Below, piece after piece: positions 18,441 through 27,236 of a stretch of DNA of 64,000 bases. The stretch spans positions 3,552,001 to 3,616,000 of the forward strand of contig OZ219926.1 of NCBI GenBank assembly GCA_964291405.2, given 5' to 3'. Each line of letters starts with the position of its first letter. The stretch's first letter is position 1. Position numbers and translations under genes: made by a program. The notes under the pieces were generated by a model. That model made no database searches. It was not told the DNA's origin and saw nothing but the letters and a program-made list of their open reading frames with translations. The stretch is from Thermodesulfobacteriota bacterium. GTDB lineage: Bacteria > Desulfobacterota > Binatia > Bin18.

Positions 18441-19700
18441 TTAACTCGCCCCGTGCCGCGGCGGAGGCACGCCGTTCAGCCAGTAGTTCCCAATGGCGTG
18501 ATATTTCCAGCGCACGGGATCGTGCAGGGTATGGGTACGCGCGTTGCGCCAGTGACGGTTCAGGTTGTACTCCTCCAGCGTTGAGCGGGTGCCGGCCAAC
18601 TCAAACAACTTGTTTGTTGTCAGCACAGAAACTTCCGTGGACATGGCTTTTGCCTCAGCCACGGCAATCGAGGCTTGAGAGACGTTCTCCTCGGTTGGTG
18701 AGGCGACCGCCGCATCCACAAAACGGCCCGCCCGTTCGAGCAGGGCGTCCGAGGCGTGCACCCGGACCTCAAGCTCGCCAATTTGATGAATCGTGTACGG
18801 GTCCTCGTAGCCGTGCTCCTGGCCGCTATCGATCCACGGCCGCGTATACTGACGGACAAAGGCGATCGTCTCGGCCAGGGCTGCGCGGGCGATGCCGGCA
18901 TCGACCGCGGTATGAAAAATTTGAGCAACGGCACCCATCGGGGTGGGCCGATCAAACGCGGCCTGATGGTCGATAATATCAAAAGGCTCGACCGCAACAT
19001 TCTCGAACACCGCAGTCCCGCTGGCCGTGGTCCGCTGGCCGAAGCCTGACCAGTCGTCGATGATGGTGACCCCCGGCGCATCACGCCTGACAAAGACGAT
19101 GGCAATCCGTCCCTGGTCGTCCTTGGCGACAGCCGGTACCCAGTGGGCAAACATCGCACCCGTGGAATAGAACTTTCTGCCGTTCAGGAGGAATTTGTCG
19201 CCGGAGGCCGTGAGGTGCGTCTGAAAGTCAAAGACGGTTTTTGTGCCGCGCTCGACAAAGGCATTCCCAAAGCGATCGCCCTCCAACACCCGTTTGAAAA
19301 GGAACTCCTTTTGCTCCTCGGTCCCGTCCAGTCGGACGGCTTCGATCATATAGTAATGATTCTGGGGAATCTGGCCTAAAGACGAATCCGCGGCTGATAT
19401 GACGGCCGTGACCTCGGCCGCGGTCGAGAAGGACACCCCCGCCCCACCGTATGCTTTCGGAATAGTGATGCCCCATAAGCCGCTCTGCGAGAATTCGTCC
19501 AATTCTTTATGCGGCAGGCGGCGCTCGCGGTCGCGCTCGGCCGACTCCTGCTGAAAGCGCTCGGCGAGACGGTGGGCAACTGCCAGGGCTTCCTGATCGT
19601 CACGAATAATGTGGGCAGGAGCCTCAACCCGCGCCATTGGTGCGGCGACTCGAATACCTTGATCCGGTGGAGCGGTAGCTTGCGAGGACGCTTGGCTCAT
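18441..19700 (-). CDS. SfnB/DszC-like sulfur-acquisition flavin monooxygenase (acyl-CoA dehydrogenase fold)
   Basis: QIPQNH, FGNAF, DDWSGFGQRTTASG and RHWRNARTHTLHDPVRWK. Confidence 0.9.
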   Translation of the reverse strand: MSQASSQATAPPDQGIRVAAPMARVEAPAHIIRDDQEALAVAHRLAERFQQESAERDRERRLPHKELDEFSQSGLWGITIPKAYGGAGVSFSTAAEVTAVISAADSSLGQIPQNHYYMIEAVRLDGTEEQKEFLFKRVLEGDRFGNAFVERGTKTVFDFQTHLTASGDKFLLNGRKFYSTGAMFAHWVPAVAKDDQGRIAIVFVRRDAPGVTIIDDWSGFGQRTTASGTAVFENVAVEPFDIIDHQAAFDRPTPMGAVAQIFHTAVDAGIARAALAETIAFVRQYTRPWIDSGQEHGYEDPYTIHQIGELEVRVHASDALLERAGRFVDAAVASPTEENVSQASIAVAEAKAMSTEVSVLTTNKLFELAGTRSTLEEYNLNRHWRNARTHTLHDPVRWKYHAIGNYWLNGVPPPRHGAS

Positions 19701-19722
19701 ATATTCTCCCTGGCCTGTTCTT

Positions 19723-21003
19723 CTATATCCACGCGTGGCGTGGCGGCTTGATATTATTCAGATAGTAATTGCCGATGGCCTGGAACTTCCACCGGACGGG
19801 ATCGTGCAGTGTATGCGTGCGGGCATTCCGCCAGTGGCGATCCAGATTGTACTCTTCGAGTGTAGAGCGAGTGCCGGCGAGCTCAAACAACTTGTTGGTC
19901 GCCTGAATGGCGATTTCCGTGGTCAGAACTTTTGCTTCAGCCACGGCAATAGACGCCGCGGCTACACTGTCTTCATTCGGATTGGCCATTGCTGCATCGA
20001 CCGTGCGGCCAGCCCGGTCCAGGATGGCCTCTGCCGCGTGCAAGCGCATTTTCAGGTCTCCTATTTGAGCAATGGAGTACATGTCCTCATAGCCGTGCTC
20101 CTGACCGCTATCGATCCACGGACGGGTATAGCTGCGGACAAAGTGGATGGTTTCATCAATCGCGGCCTGGGCAATACCGAGATCGATGCCGGCATGAATA
20201 ATCTGTAAGACTGCCCCGTTCGCGGTTGGTATATCGTACGCTTCATGCGCCGGGATAACATGGCTGGCCGGCACGAATGCGTCCTCCAGCAGAACGGTCC
20301 CACTGGCGGTGGTGCGTTGGCCGAAACTCGACCAGTCATCAATAATGCGCATCCCCGGCCCATCGCGTTCCACAAAGGCAAGCTGCGCTTTGCCGCGCTC
20401 ATCGGTCGCTGCGACCGGCACCATATGGGCGAGAAGCGCGCCGCTGCAATAAAACTTTTGTCCATTCACGACATAGCCGTCCCCGTGGGGACGTATTTGC
20501 GTTTCAAAATGGCCGACGGTTTTGCTGCCTTTTTCGGAAAAAGCATTGCCGAGGCGCATGCCTTTTAAGACCTCGCCAAAGAAAAAACGCTTCTGCTCCT
20601 CACTGGCGCACAGACGAATGATATCGAGTAGACCAAGATGGTTTTGCGGAATCTGTCCGAGCGACGGGTCGGCCGCGGAGATAATTTTAATCACCTCGCC
20701 CACCGTGACATACGAGACCTCGGCGCCGCCATAGACTTTGGGTACGGTCATGCCCCACAAGCCGCTCTGCGAGAATGCGTCCAGTTCGGCAAGCGGCAGT
20801 CGGCGTTCCCGGTCACGCAGCGCCGCTTCCTGCGCAAAGCTTTTTGCCAAACGGTGGGCGATATCAACCGCTTCCCGGTCGTCCTGAATAATATGGGCAG
20901 GTGTGGTGGGACGCGGTGGGCCGAAGGCCTCCAGGTCTTCGATCCGAGATGTTCCATTCGTTTCTGAACGGTCTATTAGTCTTTCACTGTCTTCCCTGCT
21001 CAT
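19723..21003 (-). CDS. SfnB/DszC-like sulfur-acquisition flavin monooxygenase, paralog
   Basis: Same motifs as its neighbour. AAAGGAG precedes ATG 21003, so the ORF-track start at 21141 is too long. Confidence 0.9.
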   Translation of the reverse strand: MSREDSERLIDRSETNGTSRIEDLEAFGPPRPTTPAHIIQDDREAVDIAHRLAKSFAQEAALRDRERRLPLAELDAFSQSGLWGMTVPKVYGGAEVSYVTVGEVIKIISAADPSLGQIPQNHLGLLDIIRLCASEEQKRFFFGEVLKGMRLGNAFSEKGSKTVGHFETQIRPHGDGYVVNGQKFYCSGALLAHMVPVAATDERGKAQLAFVERDGPGMRIIDDWSSFGQRTTASGTVLLEDAFVPASHVIPAHEAYDIPTANGAVLQIIHAGIDLGIAQAAIDETIHFVRSYTRPWIDSGQEHGYEDMYSIAQIGDLKMRLHAAEAILDRAGRTVDAAMANPNEDSVAAASIAVAEAKVLTTEIAIQATNKLFELAGTRSTLEEYNLDRHWRNARTHTLHDPVRWKFQAIGNYYLNNIKPPRHAWI

Positions 21004-21046
21004 GGCCGCTATAGCTCCTTTGCATAGCTCTGAAAGGGGACTCCGT

Positions 21047-21075
21047 AGCCTATCGTTCACCCTCCTGAGCGTCAA
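21047..21075 (-). promoter_or_regulatory. Putative sigma70 promoter of the SfnB-like pair
   Basis: Minus strand TTGACG-17 nt-TAGGCT. Confidence 0.5.
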
Positions 21076-21159
21076 CGCGCTTCGTCGGCGTGTTGCTTGA
21101 CTTTGGCAGGGCAGGGTGTCATGACAGGCGCAGAGTGCCAATGTCTAAAGGAGGGTCAG

Positions 21160-22005
21160 ATGAAACTCGGTATTGAGATGTTTGCCACGGATTATTCTAT
21201 CCGGCCGGATGAGCTGGCCGTTGCCTGCGAAGAACGCGGTTTTGAGTCCGTGTGGTACCCGGAACACACCCATATCCCGGCCAGCCGCCGTACTCCCTTT
21301 CCCCTTGGGGGTGATTTGCCCAAGGAGTACTGGCATACGCACGACCTGTTTGTGACGCTCACCGCCGCCGCCGCCGTCACCACCAATATCAAAATCGGGA
21401 GTGGGATTTGTCTGGCTATGGAGCGCGACCCGATTACGATGGCCAACGAGGTTGCCTCGGTTGATCAGATCTCCAACGGGCGTCTGCTCTTTGGTATCGG
21501 TGGTGGGTGGAACGCCGAAGAGATGGAGAACCACGGGACGCCGTTCAAACGACGTTGGAAGGTCTTACGTGAGAAAATTGAGGCGATGAAAGCCATTTGG
21601 ACCGAAGAGGAAGCCGAGTATCACGGCGAGTTCGTCAACTTTGATCCGATCTGGTCCTACCCGAAGCCCGTGCAGAAACCCCATCCGCCCATCATCCTGG
21701 GTTCACACACCTCAAACGGACTCGACCGGGTGGTGCGCTATTGTGATGGCTGGTTTCCCAATGCTCAGGCCTATAAAGACTTGCCCGCGGTCGTGAACGA
21801 CCTCTGGACCCGGGCCGAAAAGGCCGGCCGTCAACCGGATGACATCTCAATTTCCTTCCTGGGCGCTCCGGAAGATGAGGCGGTGCTGCAACAATACCGC
21901 GAGTTGGGAGCTGAGCGAGCGGTATTTTTTGTACCGTCCGAAGGGAAAGAGGCGATCTTCCCGCTGTTGGACACATACGCCGCGTTTATCCCCAAGGTTG
22001 CTTAA
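21160..22005 (+). CDS. LLM class F420-dependent oxidoreductase (Rv2161c-like)
   Basis: EERGFESVWYPEHTHIP, GIGGGWNAEEMENHG and PKPVQKPHPPI; RBS AAGGAGG. Confidence 0.88.
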   Translation: MKLGIEMFATDYSIRPDELAVACEERGFESVWYPEHTHIPASRRTPFPLGGDLPKEYWHTHDLFVTLTAAAAVTTNIKIGSGICLAMERDPITMANEVASVDQISNGRLLFGIGGGWNAEEMENHGTPFKRRWKVLREKIEAMKAIWTEEEAEYHGEFVNFDPIWSYPKPVQKPHPPIILGSHTSNGLDRVVRYCDGWFPNAQAYKDLPAVVNDLWTRAEKAGRQPDDISISFLGAPEDEAVLQQYRELGAERAVFFVPSEGKEAIFPLLDTYAAFIPKVA

Positions 22006-22036
22006 GGACACACGGAAACGCTGCCGGAGGCCTACT

Positions 22037-22852
22037 ATGCCATTTACTGCTGTCCGTGACATTCAAATGTATTACGAACTGCGCGGGGTCGGACCGCGCC
22101 TGCTCTACATCAGCGGAACGGGTGGAGATCTGCGGCGTTCGCCGAATGCGTTTGATTCGCCGCTCACGGAACATTTTGAGGTCCTGGCCTATGACCAGCG
22201 TGGCTTGGGTCAAACGGACAAACCCGACAGTGCCTACACCATGGCGGACTATGCGGCTGATGCGGATGGTCTGCTCGAAGCTGTTGGATGGGAGTCATGT
22301 CTGGTGATCGGTATCTCTTTTGGTGGCATGGTTGCACAGGAATTTGCGTTGCGGTATCCGAGCCGCGTCAAGCGGTTGATCCTTGGCTGTACAAGTAGCG
22401 GTGGGGAGGGAGGAGCTTCATATCCGTTGCATGAACTTGCTTCACTCTCCGCGGAGGAGTGGGCCAAACGAGTGGTCGAGCTGAGCGATGAGCGCCGCGA
22501 TGCTGCCTGGCAAGCAGCTAACGCCCAGGAGTTTCAGACTTTGATGGATGAGATGCTCGCCATTCGGACGATGGGGGTGGACGAACCTGACAAGATTATT
22601 GGTGCGCGGCGCCAGATCGAAGCGCGACAAGAGCACGATACATATGAGCGTTTGTCTCAGCTCAACATGCCGACTCTCGTCTGTGGTGGGCGGTATGATG
22701 GGATAGCGCCGGTGGATAATCAGGAAGCATTACTCCGCCAGATTCCCACCGCCCAAATGTCGCTGTTTGAAGGGGGCCATCTATTCTTTACGCAGGACCC
22801 CAAAGCATTTGAGGAAATTATCGCCTTCTTTAAAGATGAAGCCATGCTCTGA
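22037..22852 (+). CDS. Alpha/beta hydrolase (enol-lactone hydrolase-like)
   Basis: YDQRGLG, nucleophile GISFGG, GRYDG and GGHLFF; RBS GGAGG. Confidence 0.9.
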   Translation: MPFTAVRDIQMYYELRGVGPRLLYISGTGGDLRRSPNAFDSPLTEHFEVLAYDQRGLGQTDKPDSAYTMADYAADADGLLEAVGWESCLVIGISFGGMVAQEFALRYPSRVKRLILGCTSSGGEGGASYPLHELASLSAEEWAKRVVELSDERRDAAWQAANAQEFQTLMDEMLAIRTMGVDEPDKIIGARRQIEARQEHDTYERLSQLNMPTLVCGGRYDGIAPVDNQEALLRQIPTAQMSLFEGGHLFFTQDPKAFEEIIAFFKDEAML

Positions 22853-23021
22853 TCTCTCCCGTCTAGAACTTGTTATTGATGTAGACAATCAAGCCAGCCA
22901 GCGCGTTGCCGAGAAGTTAGGGGCCTTCCGAGAAGGCGTGTTACGCCAGAGACTCTTCGTGCACAATCAGGCTCGGGACGCAGTCATGTACAGTTTGATC
23001 CTGCGCGATCTCAAAAGCTAA
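22845..23021 (+). pseudogene. C-terminal remnant of a RimJ/RimL GNAT acetyltransferase
   Basis: LSRLELVIDVDNQASQRVAEKLGAFREGVLRQRL...DAVMYSL is a RimL-type C-terminus. The space for its N-terminal part is occupied by the hydrolase gene. Confidence 0.8.
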
Positions 23022-23046
23022 GCAAGACGCAGACTGGAACCTTACT

Positions 23047-23913
23047 ATGACCACAACAAATCCTGTTGAAAATCATTATGGCGTTGGTGGAATCTTGGAT
23101 TCTATCCTCAAGGCCCTGAGCGACATGGGCAAAGACGTACACCAACTCACACCTATCGATCTTGCCCCTGTGGATGAATTTCATATTCGGGGCCGTGATG
23201 CCACCATCGAGTTAGCCCGCCGCGCCAGCTTAACAGCTAGAATGCACATACTTGATGTGGGGTGTGGGCTGGGTGGTTCCGCCAGATATTTGGCCACAGA
23301 GTATCAGTGCCAGGTGACCGGGGTTGACCTCACACAGGAATATATTGATGTCGCGAACGCTCTTGCGAAACTGGTCGGCTTACAAGAGGTCGTAAAATTT
23401 CGCCAGGCCAATGCGCTGGAACTCCCATTCAACGATCAGGCTTTTGATATTGTCTGGACCGAGCACGTCCAGATGAATATTGCGGATAAACATGGCTTTT
23501 ATTCCGAGATCGCTCGGGTCCTCAAGCCGGGAGGCCGTTTAGTCTTTCATGACATTTTTCAGGGAACAGGAGGAGAGCCCCACTATCCAGTGCCGTGGGC
23601 GGAAGAACGGTCCATCAGCACGCTCGCTCCTATAGCGAATATGAAGGACATTCTGGAAGGGGCCGGCCTGCTTGTCCTGGATTGGGCGGATAGGAGTGGT
23701 CATTCAATAGAATGGTTCCAGAACATGGTTGAGAAGATGCAGAATGCCGGCCCGCCATCGCTTGGACTTCACCTGCTGACTGGCAAAACCGCAAAAGAAA
23801 AGTTTGCCAACGTTCTACGCAATCTCAAGGAGAAGCGGATTGTCGTATTTCAGGGTGTGACGGGTAGTCGAGCTGAGCGACCTGCGCCGGGACGCGGCCT
23901 GGCAGGCAGCTAA
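23047..23913 (+). CDS. Class I SAM-dependent methyltransferase (sarcosine/dimethylglycine N-methyltransferase-like)
   Basis: DEFHIRG, LDVGCGLGG and RVLKPGG. The last ~17 codons run out of frame into the hydrolase remnant. Confidence 0.88.
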   Translation: MTTTNPVENHYGVGGILDSILKALSDMGKDVHQLTPIDLAPVDEFHIRGRDATIELARRASLTARMHILDVGCGLGGSARYLATEYQCQVTGVDLTQEYIDVANALAKLVGLQEVVKFRQANALELPFNDQAFDIVWTEHVQMNIADKHGFYSEIARVLKPGGRLVFHDIFQGTGGEPHYPVPWAEERSISTLAPIANMKDILEGAGLLVLDWADRSGHSIEWFQNMVEKMQNAGPPSLGLHLLTGKTAKEKFANVLRNLKEKRIVVFQGVTGSRAERPAPGRGLAGS

Positions 23914-24244
23914 CGGTCAGGAGTTTCAAACCCCAATCGATGAGATACTGGCCATCCGCACAGGGAGTGCGGCCATTGGGGCGCGCCGCCAAATCGAGGC
24001 CCGCCAAAAATACGATACCTATAGCCGCCTGCCTCAGCTCGGGATGCCGGTGCTGATCTGCGGGGGGCGGTATGACGGGGTCGCCCCGGTCGCCAACCAG
24101 GAAGCGCTGCACCGACAGATTGCGACTTCCCGGATGGCCCTCTTTAAAGGCGGCCACCTGTTCTTTGCGCAGGATCCCCGAGCGTTCGAGGACATTATCG
24201 TTTTCCTGAATGACGGTAATGTCCTCAGGGGGACGGAGGCCTGA
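23861..24244 (+). pseudogene. Diverged duplicate of the 3' half of the alpha/beta hydrolase (22469..22852)
   Basis: Open frame RVVELSDLRRDAAWQAANGQEFQT...IGARRQIEARQ...CGGRYDG.AP..NQEAL...GGHLFF.QDP is collinear with the upstream hydrolase. It has no N-terminus or nucleophile, and TGA lies directly upstream. Confidence 0.88.
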
Positions 24245-24740
24245 CACGGGTTACGGTGGAGCGCTCCTTTTTTTCAACCAGGACTGCCATATCTTCAGCC
24301 GCCTTGGCGACCGTATCAGTCCGGGTGCACATATCGGTTTTCAAATCGCCCTGCGGACTGCGGTAGGCATACACGACGTATTCTTTCCCGGTCTGAAACG
24401 GAATGCCGCACTGTTCCTGTGAGGCCAACGTTTCGAGAATCAGTGGAGACTCATCAGCCGCCTTAAGCGGGGTTGTGACCTCCAGCGTCACCCGTAGGGT
24501 TTCAAACTCGTACAGCTGCTCCGAGCCCATCATCTGCTTGAAGGTGCCGTACAACCAGCCATCCGCTTCTATCGTTTCCACGTCGGTCGCTTTGCCGACA
24601 AAGACGACGTCTGACTTTTCCAGCCCAAAATTCGGCGACGGAGGCGGCAGACAGCGGCACGCCAGGGCAGCCGCAGGCAGCAGCCAAGAAAGGGCTATTC
24701 CTGCAACGAGTATGGGTAGCATCCTTCTTGAAACAGACAT
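24225..24740 (-). CDS. Secreted TIMP-like (NTR/OB-fold) protein
   Basis: Signal peptide ending ALA, then mature CRCLPP; SDVVFVG, CG..F..G.EY.VYA and CTRT; RBS AAGGAG. Confidence 0.78.
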   Translation of the reverse strand: MSVSRRMLPILVAGIALSWLLPAAALACRCLPPPSPNFGLEKSDVVFVGKATDVETIEADGWLYGTFKQMMGSEQLYEFETLRVTLEVTTPLKAADESPLILETLASQEQCGIPFQTGKEYVVYAYRSPQGDLKTDMCTRTDTVAKAAEDMAVLVEKKERSTVTRVRPPSP

Positions 24741-24816
24741 CAGGCTCTCCTTTTGTACTGGCCGAAACCGTACGTTTCAAATGACCCGGACCACCTTCCA
24801 GCAGTGCACACCGAAG

Positions 24817-24853
24817 AAAAACAAAAGGGTCAGGGAAGACTCCCCGACCCTTT
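24817..24853 (-). terminator. Rho-independent terminator of the amidohydrolase
   Basis: Minus strand GGGTCGGGGA-GTCT-TCCCTGACCC followed by TTTTGTTTTT. Confidence 0.82.
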
Positions 24854-24880
24854 CCGTTTTACACGAATCAGCGGCCCTGA

Positions 24881-25990
24881 CTAGTCTAGGTCCATCCGGT
24901 ACGCCTTGATCGCATTCTCAAAGACGATTTTGCGGGTGATCTCCTCCGGCACGCCGTTGAAGTCCTTCTTGATCCACTGACGGGATTCCGGCCAGGTTGA
25001 GTCGGTATGCGGGAAGTCGGACGCCCACATGTAATTGTCCTCGCCAAAAATCTTATAGGTCGCCGGACCAACCGGATCGTCCTGGAAGGTCGCCCAGACC
25101 TGCCGCCGGACGTATTCGCTCGGCTTCATCGGCAGGGGCTCTTTTTCCATGGCGTGGAATTTATCGTAGGCATGGTCCATACGATACATGAAGTGCGGGA
25201 ACCAGCCCGTGTCATTTTCGGCGGAAACAATTTTCAGTTCGGGAAAACGCTCCAACACACCACCAAAAACGAGTGTGGACAGGGACCGTTGCACTTCGTG
25301 GATCACGTTCATATAGAACAGGCTGATCTGCGAAAAATCGACCCTGCTCTCTTTACTCTTGCCGGTAATCACGTGGAGTGAGAGCGGCATGTGGAGTTCC
25401 GCGGCCGCCTGCCAAAAGGGATCGTACTCGCGGCTGCTATACGGCTTGTCCTCCGGCGGCGAACCCCAAATCATGGCCCCGCGCATACCCTGCTTATGCG
25501 TCCGCTCCAGTTCTTTGACCCCCTCATCAATATCTTCGAGAGAGATCAGGCTGATGCCGTACAGGCGTTTGGGACTATGCGAACAGAACTCTGAGACCCA
25601 GTCGTTATAGGAGCGAAAGCAGGCCCGTTGCAGGTCGGCATTGGGCAGCCCGAAGAGCGGCATACCGAGCGTGGTGTAGAGCACCTCCGCTTCGACCCCA
25701 TCGATCTCCTGGTCTTTGATGCGTTCGACCGGGTCCCATCCGCTCGGACGGGCGGCTTCGTAGCCTTTGTCCATATGGTCTTTGAGCTCTTCTCCGGACC
25801 GTCCGGCCCCGAACCCACCGGCGACGGGAAAGGGCTCAATGCCGTCCGCCACAAAGATGAAGCCCGGCTTCTTCGGGTTTTCGACCACTTTCGGCGCCTG
25901 GTCGCGGAATTTGTTGTCCAAACGTTGTTGCCACAGATCGGCCGGCTCCATCATATGTGAGTCTGCCGAGATCACGCGTAACTTTGCCAT
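24881..25990 (-). CDS. Amidohydrolase 2 family protein
   Basis: ISADSH..EP, DGVEAEVLY, YNDW and WASDFPHTDSTWP; paralog of 15786..16919. Confidence 0.92.
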   Translation of the reverse strand: MAKLRVISADSHMMEPADLWQQRLDNKFRDQAPKVVENPKKPGFIFVADGIEPFPVAGGFGAGRSGEELKDHMDKGYEAARPSGWDPVERIKDQEIDGVEAEVLYTTLGMPLFGLPNADLQRACFRSYNDWVSEFCSHSPKRLYGISLISLEDIDEGVKELERTHKQGMRGAMIWGSPPEDKPYSSREYDPFWQAAAELHMPLSLHVITGKSKESRVDFSQISLFYMNVIHEVQRSLSTLVFGGVLERFPELKIVSAENDTGWFPHFMYRMDHAYDKFHAMEKEPLPMKPSEYVRRQVWATFQDDPVGPATYKIFGEDNYMWASDFPHTDSTWPESRQWIKKDFNGVPEEITRKIVFENAIKAYRMDLD

Positions 25991-26159
25991 ACTACCCTCC
26001 TCTTCAAAGAAAGCCTTGCTTCCTTAATGATGTTGTATGTACGAATATTCTATCTGTGGCATACTCCAAAACGGTCTGTCAAGCGGTAGGGCCAGATAGG
26101 TTGAGTGAGCGTTCAGTTTTTTATCCGTCCGTCTGGATTGAGGCCGGGAGTGGTCCTCG

Positions 26160-26189
26160 TTGCCACAGCAGGAAATCACCCCGTATAAT
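26160..26189 (+). promoter_or_regulatory. Putative sigma70 promoter of argC
   Basis: TTGCCA-18 nt-TATAAT. Confidence 0.6.
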
Positions 26190-26216
26190 ACAGCTCACAG
26201 CAAGAAGGCGAGAACC

Positions 26217-27170
26217 ATGCTCCCGAAAGTCTATATCGACGGTCATGTTGGCACGACCGGACTGCGTATCCGGGAATGGCTGACGGGACGAAACGACATC
26301 GAATTACTGACCGTAGCCGAAGCGCAGCGCAAGAGTGATGCCGCGCGGCGGGCGGTGTTGGACGAAGCCGACGTGGCCATTCTGTGTCTGCCCGATGCCG
26401 CGTCACGCGAGGCTGCGGAGTGGGCTGCGCACACGAACACCCGTCTGATTGACGCGAGTACGGCGCATCGCATCGAGGACGGTTGGGTGTATGGTCTGCC
26501 GGAACTCCAGCCTGACCAACGCAAGGCCATTCGGCAGGCAAAATATGTTGCCAATCCCGGCTGCTACCCCTCGGCTTTTCTGCTGTTAGTCCGGCCCTTG
26601 CTTGAGGCCGGCTTGATCGAAAAACATACGCCGATTTCCATTCACGCGCTGTCCGGCTATTCGGGCGGCGGACGGCCACTGATTGAGAAATGGGAGGACA
26701 CTGAGCTGGGCTTGGGCTCGTTAGTATACGAAGCGCCCTACGCGCTGGAGCGGGTGCATAAGCACGTTCCGGAAATGACGAAGTACAGTCTGCTCGACTA
26801 TGCACCCCACTTCGTCCCGGCGGTCGGTCCGTTCCGCTGCGGCATGCGGGTCCAGGTACCGATTCATACCGGTCTGTTACAAAGTGGAGCGGGCGATACG
26901 ATCTGGGAAGTCTTACGGGAGCGCTATCGGCATGAACCGTTTGTGCGGGTGCTGCCCAACGAGCAGCCCCCGGAAACCAACGAACGCAGCTTCGACCCGC
27001 AGGCCTGTAACGACACCAATCGCATCGACCTCCACGTTGCGCCCCATCCCGCCGGTCATGTCCTGCTGATAGCGATTCTCGATAATCTGGGAAAGGGCGC
27101 CTGCGGCGTCGCCATCCAGAATTTGAATGTGATGTTAGGCCTGCCCGAGACAACCGGGCTGACGGTGTAG
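26217..27170 (+). CDS. argC: N-acetyl-gamma-glutamyl-phosphate reductase (type 2)
   Basis: IDGHVGTTGL, IDASTAHR, YGLPEL, ANPGCY, SGYSGGG and DNLGKGA. Confidence 0.95.
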   Translation: MLPKVYIDGHVGTTGLRIREWLTGRNDIELLTVAEAQRKSDAARRAVLDEADVAILCLPDAASREAAEWAAHTNTRLIDASTAHRIEDGWVYGLPELQPDQRKAIRQAKYVANPGCYPSAFLLLVRPLLEAGLIEKHTPISIHALSGYSGGGRPLIEKWEDTELGLGSLVYEAPYALERVHKHVPEMTKYSLLDYAPHFVPAVGPFRCGMRVQVPIHTGLLQSGAGDTIWEVLRERYRHEPFVRVLPNEQPPETNERSFDPQACNDTNRIDLHVAPHPAGHVLLIAILDNLGKGACGVAIQNLNVMLGLPETTGLTV

Positions 27171-27236
27171 GAGAACCTCCCTCCAAAGCCAACCAGAGCC
27201 TGAACGCATTTTGCTTCCACGCCCTCGAAAAAGAGA

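Noticed and set aside
23858-23860. TGA directly before the open hydrolase remnant as a second Sec or read-through site
   Set aside because: It is not at a Cys-equivalent position and has no upstream in-frame gene. It is simply the junction.
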